From an uncultured Alphaproteobacteria bacterium (lineage in GTDB: Bacteria; Pseudomonadota; Alphaproteobacteria; Thalassobaculales; Thalassobaculaceae), in the NCBI GenBank assembly GCA_902589475.1, contig CACITD010000007.1, positions 1,981-65,980 of the forward strand: a stretch of 64,000 bases of DNA, in the 5' to 3' direction. The position numbers and the translations under genes were made by a program. The notes below the pieces were generated by a model. It was not told the origin of the DNA. It did no database searches and saw only the letters and a list, made by a program, of their open reading frames with translations. Shown piece after piece: positions 41,350 to 51,399 of the stretch; the first letter of the stretch is position 1, and each line of letters starts with the position of its first letter.

Positions 41350-42231
41350 TTATTCGTTTGATTCCAAGAGCTGGGTCTTGATGTTTTTCTGTAACTTCTC
41401 GAAAGCTTTTACCTCGACTTGCCGAACTCGCTCTCGGCTGATACCAAACTCAGAACCAAGTTCCTCTAATGTCGCGGCGTTCTCTGATAACCGTCGTTTC
41501 TGGATAATATACTGTTCTCTTGGATTTAATGTTTCCATTGCCGACAGAAGAAGTTTGCTTCTTTTATTTAATTCTTCTCTATCGGCGTATAATTGTTCTT
41601 GGTCCTGAGACTCATCGACCAGCCAATCTTGCCACTCGCCCTCCGATTCGACCGATCGTGGCGCGTTAAGGGAATGGTCCGGTCCTGAGAGCCTTGCGTT
41701 CATGCTTACAACTTCATGTTCAGGAACATCTAGACGGGATGCTATTTCTGTAACATTTTCAGGCGAAAGATCTCCTTCGTCTATAGCCTTCATTTGGCCT
41801 TTCAGCTTGCGTAAATTGAAAAATAGCTTTTTTTGAGCTGCTGTCGTTCCCATTTTCACTAGTGACCAAGAATGTAGGATATATTCTTGTATTGACGCTC
41901 GTATCCACCACATCGCGTAGGTTGCTAGCCTAAATCCTCGTTCCGGATCAAAGCGTTTAACTGCTTGCATCATTCCCACATTCCCTTCGGAAATTAATTC
42001 AGCGACAGGAAGTCCGTATCCACGATAACCCATAGCGATCTTGGCCACTAGTCGTAAGTGGCTAGTTACGAGCTGATGAGCCGCCTCGGTATCTTCATGA
42101 TCCACCCATCTTCTAGCTAACATATATTCTTCGTTAGCTTGCAGCATTGGAAATTTTTGGATCTCATTCAGATACCTAGCTAGATTTCCTTCAGCTGTTA
42201 AATTTGGCAAGAGGGCTATGCCAGACGCCAT
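41350..42231 (-). CDS. rpoH: RNA polymerase sigma-32 (heat-shock) factor RpoH
   Basis: RpoH-box-like TTAAQKKLFFNLRKLK, and regions 2 and 4 (LISEGNVGMMQAVKRFD, LEELGSEFGISRERVRQVE). Start set at the ATG at 42231 (MASGIALLP), with GGAG 8 nt upstream. Confidence 0.93.
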   Translation of the reverse strand: MASGIALLPNLTAEGNLARYLNEIQKFPMLQANEEYMLARRWVDHEDTEAAHQLVTSHLRLVAKIAMGYRGYGLPVAELISEGNVGMMQAVKRFDPERGFRLATYAMWWIRASIQEYILHSWSLVKMGTTAAQKKLFFNLRKLKGQMKAIDEGDLSPENVTEIASRLDVPEHEVVSMNARLSGPDHSLNAPRSVESEGEWQDWLVDESQDQEQLYADREELNKRSKLLLSAMETLNPREQYIIQKRRLSENAATLEELGSEFGISRERVRQVEVKAFEKLQKNIKTQLLESNE

Positions 42232-42263
42232 TTTAAAACTCCGAGTTGGTTGTCCCACTACGT

Positions 42264-42292
42264 AAATGGGGATCAATGATAACATTTTAAAG
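42264..42292 (-). promoter_or_regulatory. sigma-32-type promoter upstream of rpoH (possible positive autoregulation)
   Basis: The minus strand reads CTTTAAA-N14-CCCCATTT (consensus CTTGAAA-N13-15-CCCCATNT). The -10 element ends 32 nt upstream of the rpoH ATG. Confidence 0.55.
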
Positions 42293-42328
42293 GTATAAAT
42301 TCAATTTTTTTGCAAAAAATTGATAAAA

Positions 42329-43333
42329 TCACACCAAATTGCGTTTAAAAATTTCTGTTAATGACTGCATATCGTCCGGTAACTGACTAGTAAAACAGCA
42401 AATCTCTCTGGTTTTTGGATGCTTGAAAGACAATTTTCCGGCATGTAATGCCTGACGTCTCATTAGCTTAATGTTAGTTCTAAGCTCGTCACTTACCCCG
42501 TCTCGCATTTTTCCGCTTCCATATACAGGATCGCCGATAATAGGGGAGCCAATATGACATGCATGAACTCGAATCTGATGAGTCCGGCCAGTTTCCAATC
42601 TACAGCTTACCAGTGATGCAGTAGTTCCAAATCGTTTAAGCACCTCAAAATTTGTTATGGCTGCTTTCCCACCCGTATTAACCACAGCCATTTTTTTTCT
42701 ATTTCTCCTGCTTCTACCAATCGGAGCATTGACTTGGAATGAATTTCTTGTGGGGCTTCCCCAAATTAAGGCTTTGTAGGTCCGTCGGATAAGTCGACTA
42801 GCGAATTGATGGACTAAACTTTGATGGGCTTCATCAGTTTTAGCAACCACAATTAGCCCTGTAGTATCTTTATCCAAACGATGAACAATTCCTGGGCGCT
42901 TTACGCCACCTATACCTGATAGGCTATTACCACAGTGTGCTAACAAGGCATTAACCAATGTACCGGTAAAAGCGCCTGGTGCTGGATGCACAACCATATC
43001 AGCAGGCTTATCAACGACTAATAAGCTCTTGTCTTCATAGATGATAGTTAGATCTATCTTTTCTGGGATTGGAATTGCTTGCACTGCCTCTGGAATAACA
43101 ACACTATATTTTTGAAGATGTTTGACGATTGCGGACGGGTCTCGTATTGTCTGACCGTTTCGCATCACGTAACCGTCTAATATGAGTTGTTTTAGTCTTG
43201 TTCTTGATAAAGCGGGGAGTCCGGCATTTAAGTCCATCTTTTTGGCAAGCCAACGGTCAAGTCTAGGTGGCGTTGTTTTTAGTGTATCTTCTTCTACTAT
43301 AAGTTCTAATTTTTCGCTGTTGATAGTATCCAT
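42329..43333 (-). CDS. rluD: 23S rRNA pseudouridine synthase, RluD/RluA family
   Basis: N-terminal S4 domain. Catalytic HRLDKDTTGL and GRTHQIRVH. Start set at the ATG at 43333 (MDTINSEKLE). Confidence 0.9.
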   Translation of the reverse strand: MDTINSEKLELIVEEDTLKTTPPRLDRWLAKKMDLNAGLPALSRTRLKQLILDGYVMRNGQTIRDPSAIVKHLQKYSVVIPEAVQAIPIPEKIDLTIIYEDKSLLVVDKPADMVVHPAPGAFTGTLVNALLAHCGNSLSGIGGVKRPGIVHRLDKDTTGLIVVAKTDEAHQSLVHQFASRLIRRTYKALIWGSPTRNSFQVNAPIGRSRRNRKKMAVVNTGGKAAITNFEVLKRFGTTASLVSCRLETGRTHQIRVHACHIGSPIIGDPVYGSGKMRDGVSDELRTNIKLMRRQALHAGKLSFKHPKTREICCFTSQLPDDMQSLTEIFKRNLV

Positions 43334-43682
43334 GGATGACAAAATAAACCAAAATCATGAAGAGCTAAATAGGGATGGCTCTAAATCACTTCAATTTTTA
43401 AAAATACTTGTTGTGGTAATGGGTGTAATGATCATTGCCGGGTTAATAATTGTAATAGTTACGATATTTCAACGGTTAACTTCAAAAACAAATTTTTCTT
43501 CTGAGGTGCCATATTCTTTGACGGAAGAGATGCCGAAAAGTTTTAAGTTAAAAGATGTTGTAATAGGAGGCGATAAAATAGGAGTGCAGTTTCAGGATGA
43601 TAAGGGTGAAAACTTCATAATTTTTTATAATGTGGATGACGGTAAACAAATTGGGCGTCTCACATTCAGCTTTTCTAAATGA
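43332..43682 (+). CDS. small N-terminally membrane-anchored protein, function unknown
   Basis: MDDKINQNHEELNRDGSKSLQF, then the TM LKILVVVMGVMIIAGLIIVIVTIF, then an approximately 70-aa soluble domain. The ATG at 43332 is the only ATG upstream of the TM that is not deep inside rluD. ATGA overlap with the downstream aldolase gene. Confidence 0.5.
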   Translation: MDDKINQNHEELNRDGSKSLQFLKILVVVMGVMIIAGLIIVIVTIFQRLTSKTNFSSEVPYSLTEEMPKSFKLKDVVIGGDKIGVQFQDDKGENFIIFYNVDDGKQIGRLTFSFSK

Positions 43683-44752
43683 TTGGTCAGCCTAATTTGG
43701 ACGAAGATATTATAAACTTTGCTAGCGACAACACATCTGGGGTCGATTTGGAAATCTTTTCAGTTGTAGAACAGGCTGCCAAGTCCTCAGCCATGCCGTA
43801 TGGTGATGATGTTTTTACATCGAAATTACAAACCATAACGAACGAGATCTTTGAAAAACGAGTTTCCATATTCCCAGTTGCAACAGGATCTGCTGCAAAT
43901 GCGCTGGCACTTTCGGTAGTCTGTCCTCCATATGGGTCAGTATACTGTCATAAAGAGTCTCATTTAGAGGAAGATGAGTGTGCTGCACCCGAGTTCTATA
44001 TAGGCGGCGGCAAATTATCTCTATTATCCGGAGAAAAGGCAAAATTTTCCGCGGAAATTTTACGAGCGAAGCTGGAAGTTAAGTCACCTGCTCCTCCTGT
44101 TCATCATTCGCCTGCAGCTGCAGTGAGCATCACTCAAGCTACCGAGATAGGGTCAGTTTACTCTATAGACGAGATCGCTGCTATTTCTGATGTGGCAAGA
44201 TATCATAGATTGTCATTACATATGGATGGGGCCAGGATAGCTAACGCGATCGTCTCGTTGGGTGTAACGCCAGCGGAGGCTACGTGGAAGTCAGGCATCG
44301 ACGTTTTATCGTTAGGAGCGACCAAGAACGGCGTCTTTGCCGCCGAGGCAGTTATTTTTTTTGACCCAGATAAAGCGGCTGATTTTGAATTTAGAAGAAA
44401 AAGAGGTGGGCATCTTTTCTCAAAACATAGATTTTTATCATCGCAACTTCTGCCCTACCTAGAAGAAAACAAGTGGTTGAGACTTGCTGAAAACGCTAAT
44501 TTAAGAGCTCAGCAGCTTGGGAAAGGGCTCCAAAAATTGTCACAGTTTAGCATTTTACACGAAGTGGACACGAATATGGTTTTCGTTAAAATGCCGGTAT
44601 CACTAGCAGATGGCTTCAAGAGGAAGAATTGTTTATTTTATACATGGGGACAAGATGAAGGATATATCTTTGGGCGCCTTGTCACTAGTTTTAACACAAC
44701 GGAAAAGGAAGTTGATAGGTTTTTGGAAATTGCGTCGCAGCTGGCGAACTAA
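43679..44752 (+). CDS. low-specificity L-threonine aldolase (beta-eliminating lyase fold, PLP)
   Basis: INFASDNTSG, HMDGARIANA, and the PLP-lysine region SLGATKNG. 357 aa. Confidence 0.83.
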   Translation: MIGQPNLDEDIINFASDNTSGVDLEIFSVVEQAAKSSAMPYGDDVFTSKLQTITNEIFEKRVSIFPVATGSAANALALSVVCPPYGSVYCHKESHLEEDECAAPEFYIGGGKLSLLSGEKAKFSAEILRAKLEVKSPAPPVHHSPAAAVSITQATEIGSVYSIDEIAAISDVARYHRLSLHMDGARIANAIVSLGVTPAEATWKSGIDVLSLGATKNGVFAAEAVIFFDPDKAADFEFRRKRGGHLFSKHRFLSSQLLPYLEENKWLRLAENANLRAQQLGKGLQKLSQFSILHEVDTNMVFVKMPVSLADGFKRKNCLFYTWGQDEGYIFGRLVTSFNTTEKEVDRFLEIASQLAN

Positions 44753-44865
44753 TATTTTTTAAAAAAGACTTAGGCGCGTGTTCGATAAACGAATTACCTT
44801 TATTTATTCACTGGCCTCAGTTTCAAATCTTTTTGTAAAACTATTAAAAAATTTGGTTTTGGCAA

Positions 44866-46095
44866 ATGACTTTTAAATTACCGAATGAAATGTTTGACCC
44901 ACAAGCTAATGCGCCCCTCGATGGTATTAGAGTGCTAGATTTATCGCGGCTAGTCTCAGGTAATATGGTCACCCACGTATTGGCTGATTATGGCGCTGAT
45001 GTGGTAAAAATAGAAAGGCCAGGGGTTGGAGATGATCTCCGCAACTGGAAGACGGAGGGTGTTAGCACACATTGGAAAGTTTATTGTCGTAACAAAAAAA
45101 GTATAAGCTTAGATCTAAGAAAAACACTTGGTAAAGAGTTGCTGTTGAAACTAGTTAAGACGGCCGATGTTTTAGTTGAAAACTTTAAACCGGGTACTTT
45201 GGAGAAGTGGGAGTTAGGACCTGAGGCATTATTGGAACACAATTCGAAATTAGTAATTGTCAGAATTTCAGGCTGGGGGCAAACGGGGCCTTGGAGTCAT
45301 AAGCCAGGTTTTGGAAGTCTCGTTGAAGCAATGTCAGGATTTGCGTCGATGAATGGTTTTGACGATCGACCTCCCGTTCTTCCACCACTTGCGTTGGCTG
45401 ATATGATAGCGGGGCTCTATGGAGCATTTTCAATAATGGTTGCGGTTAGGGAGATTGAACAAAAAAAAGGTGTCGGCCAGATTATTGATCTTTCATTATT
45501 TGAGCCTATCCTTTCAGTGTTGGGGCCAATTGCAGCAATCCATTCTATCTCAGGAGCAATACCGAGAAGGACGGGGAGCTTATCTGAAACAACTTCACCA
45601 CGGAACGTGTATGAGTGCAAAGACGGGAAATTCGTAGCACTTTCTGCCTCTATGCAGGCTATGTCGGAACGACTAATGAAAACGATTGGTAAGCCTGAGT
45701 TAATCGAAGATCCTAGGTTTAAAACAAATACAGACAGAGTAAAAAATAATCATTTGCTGGACCCAATTGTTGCAAGTTTTATGAAATCTCACACGCAAAA
45801 AGAGTGTTTGGACATTTTTGAAAAAGCAGATGTAACGGTTGGTGCAGTGGCTGATATAGAACAATTATCGTCCCACCCATATATCATCGAGCGAGGATCA
45901 CTCGTAAACTTGCCTGACAGAGATGTTGAGTCAGGCGTACTTCCAGCTCATGCCGCTATACCAAGATTGTCGGAAACACCAGCGAAAATGAGAAGTGAGG
46001 CACCAGATATTGGTGAAAATAATGAAGAAATATTTCGGGAAATTGGGCTTTCAAAATCTGATTTGAAAACCCTTGAAGAGCAAGGAGTGATTTGA
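44866..46095 (+). CDS. CaiB/BaiF family (class III) CoA-transferase
   Basis: LDGIRVLDLSRLVSGNMVTHVLADYGADVVKIERPGVGDDLR is a typical family III N-terminus. 409 aa. Confidence 0.88.
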   Translation: MTFKLPNEMFDPQANAPLDGIRVLDLSRLVSGNMVTHVLADYGADVVKIERPGVGDDLRNWKTEGVSTHWKVYCRNKKSISLDLRKTLGKELLLKLVKTADVLVENFKPGTLEKWELGPEALLEHNSKLVIVRISGWGQTGPWSHKPGFGSLVEAMSGFASMNGFDDRPPVLPPLALADMIAGLYGAFSIMVAVREIEQKKGVGQIIDLSLFEPILSVLGPIAAIHSISGAIPRRTGSLSETTSPRNVYECKDGKFVALSASMQAMSERLMKTIGKPELIEDPRFKTNTDRVKNNHLLDPIVASFMKSHTQKECLDIFEKADVTVGAVADIEQLSSHPYIIERGSLVNLPDRDVESGVLPAHAAIPRLSETPAKMRSEAPDIGENNEEIFREIGLSKSDLKTLEEQGVI

Positions 46096-46997
46096 TGCAA
46101 GATAAGGATAAGCCTTTATGGCGGTCGATGCTGTACGTGCCGGCAACTAGTGAGAAATTTATTGAAAAGGCTCATGAACGGGGTGCCGATGCAATTAAAA
46201 TAGATCTCGAAGATGCCGTTGCACCCAAGGAAAAGGACACAGCGAGAAAATTAGTGAAAGATGCCGCGCAACTAGTAGCTAGAGGGTCGGCAGATGTTTT
46301 AGTAAGAATCAATAGACCATTACGTATGGCGGTTGCCGATATTGAAGCATCAATTTGGCCCGAGGTTTGTGGGTTGGTCTTGCCAAAGGTTGATTCTGCA
46401 GATCAAATTAATTTTCTATGTGAAATTATTACTGAGCTTGAGGAGGAAAGAGGCCTAGATATTGGTCATACAAAACTCATGGTGCTGATAGAGACACCTC
46501 GTGGGTATTCCAACGTAAGGTCTATAGCTAGTTCATCAAAAAGATTATCTGCAATCGCACTAGGACAGGAGGATTTTTCCGCTGAAATGGGCATGATTGA
46601 GCCTGAGGGTATGTCGTTATTGAGCTATTACCAAACGGTCCAAGTTGCAGCAAGGGAGGCAGGAATACTTCCCATTGGTTATCCAGGCTCCATAGCAGAA
46701 TTCACAGATTTAGACCTGTTTAGATCCAATGCAATGGTTGCGCGCCGGTTAGGGTTCGATGGTGGCGCTTGCATACACCCTAGGCAAGTTCCAATACTAA
46801 ATGAGGCATTCACCCCAACGGAGACTGAAATCAATCGCGCGGAGGCCATGGTGAAAGTATACGACGAGGCAATGGCTGCAGGGGACGGTGCGATTGCTTT
46901 TGAGGGTAAAATGATCGATGTGCCAGTGGTCGCTCGTGCTCAAAGGGTCTTAGATATTCGTGATAAGATACGAGCAAAAAAGAACGCAGGCGTTTAA
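46092..46997 (+). CDS. HpcH/HpaI aldolase / citrate lyase beta (CitE)-like acyl-CoA lyase
   Basis: RSMLYVPA...DAIKIDLEDAV...LIETPRG...ALGQEDFSAEMG is the CitE/malyl-CoA-lyase-type pattern. 4-nt overlap with the CoA-transferase gene. Confidence 0.85.
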   Translation: MMQDKDKPLWRSMLYVPATSEKFIEKAHERGADAIKIDLEDAVAPKEKDTARKLVKDAAQLVARGSADVLVRINRPLRMAVADIEASIWPEVCGLVLPKVDSADQINFLCEIITELEEERGLDIGHTKLMVLIETPRGYSNVRSIASSSKRLSAIALGQEDFSAEMGMIEPEGMSLLSYYQTVQVAAREAGILPIGYPGSIAEFTDLDLFRSNAMVARRLGFDGGACIHPRQVPILNEAFTPTETEINRAEAMVKVYDEAMAAGDGAIAFEGKMIDVPVVARAQRVLDIRDKIRAKKNAGV

Positions 46998-47050
46998 GAG
47001 CTTGCTGCAGAACTTAAAAGAAATAGCTTGGTAAATCCTGGAGACGAGTA

Positions 47051-48733
47051 ATGCCTTCTTATCAATATATCTATGTCATGAATGGTCTTTCAAAAACCTT
47101 TGCCGGAGGAAGAGAGATTTTAAAGAACATTAATCTTTCTTTTTTCCCAGGAGCAAAAATAGGTGTCTTGGGGACCAATGGAGCAGGCAAGTCCACGTTG
47201 CTCAAGATCATGGCAGGCATCGACACCCAATTTGTTGGAGAGGCCTGGGCTGCCGAAGGAGTAAAAGTGGGATATTTACCTCAGGAACCAGAGTTAGAAG
47301 CCGGAAAAACTGTCCAGGAATTGGTCATGGAGGGTATGTCGGAAACGAAGATGATTTTGGATAGATTCAATGAAGTCAGTGCCAAATTTGCAGAAGAAAT
47401 GACCGATGAGGAGATGAATACGCTTCTAGCAGAGCAGGCAGAACTACAAGAAAAAATTGATGCTGCTAACGCTTGGGATCTGGATAGACATGTGGAAATA
47501 GCGATGGACGCTTTGCGTTTACCTCCAAGTGATACAGACGTAGGGCCTTTGTCAGGAGGAGAAAAACGCCGTGTCGCCTTATGCCGATTATTGCTATCTG
47601 CCCCAGACCTTTTATTACTTGATGAGCCGACAAATCACCTTGATGCCGAATCTGTAGCCTGGCTACAACGATTTCTTCATGATTTCCCGGGAACTGTAGT
47701 TACGGTTACGCATGATAGGTATTTTTTAGATGAAGTTGCTGGGTGGATATTAGAGCTTGACAGGGGCCAAGGTATCCCATTTGAGGGAAATTACTCAGGT
47801 TGGTTAGAACAAAAACAAAAACGGCTTCAGCAGGAGGGTAAACATGACGCAGCTAGGCAGAGGTCGTTGGCTAATGAATTAGAGTGGGTCAGAGCCTCGC
47901 CACGAGGACGACAGGCCAAGAGCAAGGCCCGCTTGACCGCCTATGAAGACCTGCTCAACCAGAACCAGGAAAAAGCAATAGATAACGCCAAAATAGTCAT
48001 TCCACCAGGACCTCGTCTTGGAGATCTAGTCATCGAATCACTTAACCTCGTGAAGGGTTTTTCAGATAGGCTTCTTGTCGACGACTTGTCTTTCAAATTA
48101 CCACCCGGAGGCATTGTGGGTGTTATCGGGCCGAATGGAGCAGGAAAAACAACACTGTTTCGAATGATTACGGGGCAAGATAGCCCCGACGCCGGTTGTA
48201 TCAACGTGGGAGAAACGGTAAAGCTGGGGTATGTCGATCAATCAAGAGATGATTTGAACCCGAATTCAACCGTTTGGGAAGAAATTTCGGACGGGCTCGA
48301 TGAAATTGAACTAGGCAAGCGGAAAATCCAGAGCCGGGCATACTGCGGGATGTTCAATTTTAGAGGGGCAGATCAGCAGAAAAAGGTCGGACAGCTGTCT
48401 GGTGGTGAAAGAAACCGTGTTCACCTTGCAAAAATGCTTAAGTCGGGGGCAAATCTTATATTATTAGATGAACCGACAAATGATTTGGATGTAGATACAT
48501 TAAGAGCTTTGGAAGAAGCACTGCTTGAATTTGCGGGGTGTGCAGTAGTCATCAGCCATGACCGTTGGTTTCTAGATAAAATTGCCACCCATATTTTAGC
48601 ATTTGAGGGTGATAGTAATATTGAATGGTTCGAGGGTAACTATCAAGCTTACGAAGAGGATAGGCGCAGACGACTTGGTAGCGATGCAGACCAGCCACAT
48701 CGTATAAAATATAAGCCAATTATTCGAGCTTAA
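47051..48733 (+). CDS. ettA: energy-dependent translational throttle protein EttA (ABC-F ATPase)
   Basis: [36 protein letters not shown] closely resembles E. coli EttA. Second [14 protein letters not shown]. No TM domain. 560 aa. Confidence 0.93.
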   Translation: MPSYQYIYVMNGLSKTFAGGREILKNINLSFFPGAKIGVLGTNGAGKSTLLKIMAGIDTQFVGEAWAAEGVKVGYLPQEPELEAGKTVQELVMEGMSETKMILDRFNEVSAKFAEEMTDEEMNTLLAEQAELQEKIDAANAWDLDRHVEIAMDALRLPPSDTDVGPLSGGEKRRVALCRLLLSAPDLLLLDEPTNHLDAESVAWLQRFLHDFPGTVVTVTHDRYFLDEVAGWILELDRGQGIPFEGNYSGWLEQKQKRLQQEGKHDAARQRSLANELEWVRASPRGRQAKSKARLTAYEDLLNQNQEKAIDNAKIVIPPGPRLGDLVIESLNLVKGFSDRLLVDDLSFKLPPGGIVGVIGPNGAGKTTLFRMITGQDSPDAGCINVGETVKLGYVDQSRDDLNPNSTVWEEISDGLDEIELGKRKIQSRAYCGMFNFRGADQQKKVGQLSGGERNRVHLAKMLKSGANLILLDEPTNDLDVDTLRALEEALLEFAGCAVVISHDRWFLDKIATHILAFEGDSNIEWFEGNYQAYEEDRRRRLGSDADQPHRIKYKPIIRA

Positions 48734-48740
48734 TTAGTTA

Positions 48741-49361
48741 TTAAGAGGCACTGCGGAGTTTTTTGATTTGAACTTTCATTGCTGCCAGAAGTGAGTCAAA
48801 ACTCCCATTATTGCGTTTTATCACCGCTGAATATTCGTTTCTTTGGGTAATGGCCATGCTAATTCCAGCTATGACTACGTCCACTATCTTGAAACTATTT
48901 CCTTTTTGAATCAATCTCCAGACGATGTTTACATTGGTCTTTGGGTTCTTTGGATCAGCAAGCTGTGATTCTACGAAAATAAACTTGCGTTTCCCCAGTT
49001 TATGACCCGAAACTATGATTTTTTGCTTTGAATAATCTATAAAACGCTTTGAATATGTCAGCTCGACTAAATTTTTAAAAAGACTCAAATATTCTTTTTG
49101 TTGATCAGGGCTTGCAGTTTTCCAAGGGCGCCCTACAACAAATTTCGCAATCCATGGTAAATCAAATCCCATCTCTACCAGTTTCATGAATTTCTGTTGG
49201 CGTGCTGTATTATCTAGCGATCTATTTTGATTTAATTCAGCAACTTGGCTGCTTAAGGAGTTGATGAAATCCTCGGCATGCTTCCCTAATTCGTTGTTTT
49301 TTGCATGAGCGGCATTAATAACAATGAGGAGCCCGAAGATCGCACCAATGAACTTTTTCAT
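48741..49361 (-). CDS. mlaC: MlaC/Ttg2D family phospholipid-binding periplasmic protein
   Basis: Signal peptide MKKFIGAIFGLLIVINAAHA, and FDLPWIAKFVVGRPWKTASPDQQKEYLSLFKNLVELTYSKRFIDY. Start set at the ATG at 49361. Confidence 0.75.
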   Translation of the reverse strand: MKKFIGAIFGLLIVINAAHAKNNELGKHAEDFINSLSSQVAELNQNRSLDNTARQQKFMKLVEMGFDLPWIAKFVVGRPWKTASPDQQKEYLSLFKNLVELTYSKRFIDYSKQKIIVSGHKLGKRKFIFVESQLADPKNPKTNVNIVWRLIQKGNSFKIVDVVIAGISMAITQRNEYSAVIKRNNGSFDSLLAAMKVQIKKLRSAS

Positions 49362-49413
49362 AATTCTCACTCAGTAATTGTCTAGTACGGAAATAATTAC
49401 CTAATAACTATCG

Positions 49414-50172
49414 TTAATCTAGAAGTTTAAGGAATTGATTGTCAAAAGCATCTATCGTTTCCGTTGTTTCTGGACTGTTTTCTATCTTCCCGTTGTTTAT
49501 AGACGCGTTACGGCGTTGGCTATAAGTTGTTTTAACTCGTGTATAGTAATCGATTGAATTTTCCCTCAACTCGTCAATTTGTTTTGAATATTTTGCTCTA
49601 AAAGTAAGGGCTTCGAATGCTCCCCTGGTACCACTAAACACCGTCCTGCTACTTTCGGTGCCTAAGTAGTTTAACGGGTTGAGGAAAACGTCTACCGCTC
49701 GGCCAATACTATCTCTCAGATTTGTGGGTCCAAGGAGCGGTAGTACCAGGTACGGTCCTGACTGAAAACCATATGACCCCAGTGTCTGACCAAAATCTTC
49801 ACTCTGAAAATTTAAGCCATACTTAGCCTTTAAGTCTACGTGCCCTAGATAGAATGATTGCAAAAGGAAGTATTTTAAGGTTGTTTCTGCTTGGTTGAAA
49901 TTTCCTTGCAAAAGATTGTTAGCAAGAGCGTTTGGTGTTTCCAGCCATTGCAAAAAGTTATTTATATCATTTTGTAGTAATTTCGGGGTGATTCGTCGAT
50001 AGAACAAAGATACTGGCCGAAGAAGCGCTTGGTCCACAGTGTCGTTAGCAGTAAAGACTTTACGGTTTATCAGTTCAAGAGGATCGGCATGAAACTCTAG
50101 ACTTGTCGTATTGCATGAAGTTAACGAAATACTGCTCAATAAAATACAGCAACGAATAAATTTTTTATACAT
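49414..50172 (-). CDS. mlaA: MlaA/VacJ family outer-membrane lipoprotein
   Basis: Lipobox LTSC after the signal sequence. DPLELINRKVFTANDTVDQALLRPVSLFYRRITP...NFLQWLETPNALANNLLQGN. Start set at the ATG at 50172. Confidence 0.85.
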   Translation of the reverse strand: MYKKFIRCCILLSSISLTSCNTTSLEFHADPLELINRKVFTANDTVDQALLRPVSLFYRRITPKLLQNDINNFLQWLETPNALANNLLQGNFNQAETTLKYFLLQSFYLGHVDLKAKYGLNFQSEDFGQTLGSYGFQSGPYLVLPLLGPTNLRDSIGRAVDVFLNPLNYLGTESSRTVFSGTRGAFEALTFRAKYSKQIDELRENSIDYYTRVKTTYSQRRNASINNGKIENSPETTETIDAFDNQFLKLLD

Positions 50173-50414
50173 TATCGACAATCTTGATTAATCTCAGCAG
50201 TATCAAAGTATCGTGTATTATTAGTTTCAAAGGTTTTTCTCAGTTCAAATATCAATCGGATAACCAGTGGCTGAATTCCGAAACCTATTCGCATTTTAGG
50301 ACAATTTGGTTGCATTAAGCAGGCTACTATACTCATGTTCGTTTTATACCAAAAAATTGACGTCCAAGAAAAATAAATAATGCTCAAGTTCAGGATTAAT
50401 AGCTCTGATGGGCT

Positions 50415-51353
50415 TCACTCCTTTAAATAAATGTTACGGTATAGGGGTTTCGATATGATAGGAAGAAAATATACTGGTATTTGAATAACCGCTAAAAATA
50501 ACCAGAGATTTTCATAAAACGCTCCACTAGCAACGGGTAATAATAGTGCTAGATTCCTGCTTCCACCGGCGAGGGCAATTGTACCTGAAGTTGATCTATC
50601 AAATTTACAAAACACAATGGCACAGATTAGTTGTGATAAAATGCAAACTAAAGTTGCAGCCAGAAAAAATGTCAACACTCTCGACGGGTTGGTTGGCCAG
50701 ACATTGTGAATGCCACCCATTATTGTCACAGCAAAAAATGCCATTAAAATTACAATTAGACCACCCGCTGCAGGGTCGATCCTTCTAGCCATCTGTTTCC
50801 CTAAGAACTTTCGAAGAACCTGTGCTCCCAATGTGCAAAGGCACACAATTATCATCAACTTAGCCGATATAGATATGGGATCAATGTTGATACTGTTATC
50901 AGTTAGTAGCGCCAATAATATTGGAAGGGTTAGTGTAAATGCCAGCGTTGCTAGTAATAAAATTAAAAGGGCTGCCGTCCCATTTAAGCCGATCAATAAA
51001 GCAAGACCCGGCATCGAAACTAGCGGCGGGCAGCTTCCCCACGCCACAAGGATAGCTTTAAGCTCTGCGGGAATATTTATCAGTATTGTTGCAAGAAAAA
51101 TCAGCAATGGAATTATAATTAATATGAAAAACGTTCCGCAAAATAATAGTCGTATTTTTGAAAAGGCGATTAATATTTCTTCGGGATCTAGCCGAAATAT
51201 TGACACGGTCAACATCAGGATGACGGTTGTTTCAGCAAAGGATTTTGTAAGAATGGTAAGGTTAGGAAATAATAACCCTATTATGACACCAGATGGCATT
51301 AACCATGTACCATAATGGTCGATTTTGCTGAAGAGTTTTAAAAAGTGCGTCAA
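50415..51353 (-). CDS. polytopic membrane transporter, bile acid:Na+ symporter (BASS)/AEC-like fold, tentative
   Basis: 312 aa with about 9-10 hydrophobic segments and an N-terminal pattern resembling BASS-family proteins. The TTG start is uncertain (alternative ATG at 51299). Confidence 0.5.
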   Translation of the reverse strand: MTHFLKLFSKIDHYGTWLMPSGVIIGLLFPNLTILTKSFAETTVILMLTVSIFRLDPEEILIAFSKIRLLFCGTFFILIIIPLLIFLATILINIPAELKAILVAWGSCPPLVSMPGLALLIGLNGTAALLILLLATLAFTLTLPILLALLTDNSINIDPISISAKLMIIVCLCTLGAQVLRKFLGKQMARRIDPAAGGLIVILMAFFAVTIMGGIHNVWPTNPSRVLTFFLAATLVCILSQLICAIVFCKFDRSTSGTIALAGGSRNLALLLPVASGAFYENLWLFLAVIQIPVYFLPIISKPLYRNIYLKE

Positions 51354-51399
51354 GTAGTACCTGCGAAAATATCATCTAAATTTCTTGGACGGTTTGATT

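Noticed and set aside
42232-42285. ORF-track N-terminal extensions of rpoH (to 42285), the parvulin PPIase (to 26378), greA (to 2824), lysC (to 20773), argJ (to 25352), prfA (to 15681) and the second crotonase (from 57385).
   Set aside because: The extensions lack similarity to the conserved N-termini of these families. In each case an internal ATG gives the canonical N-terminus. For carA, prfA and rpoH I also read an SD-like element upstream of that ATG. For rpoH the extension would overlap the sigma-32 promoter.
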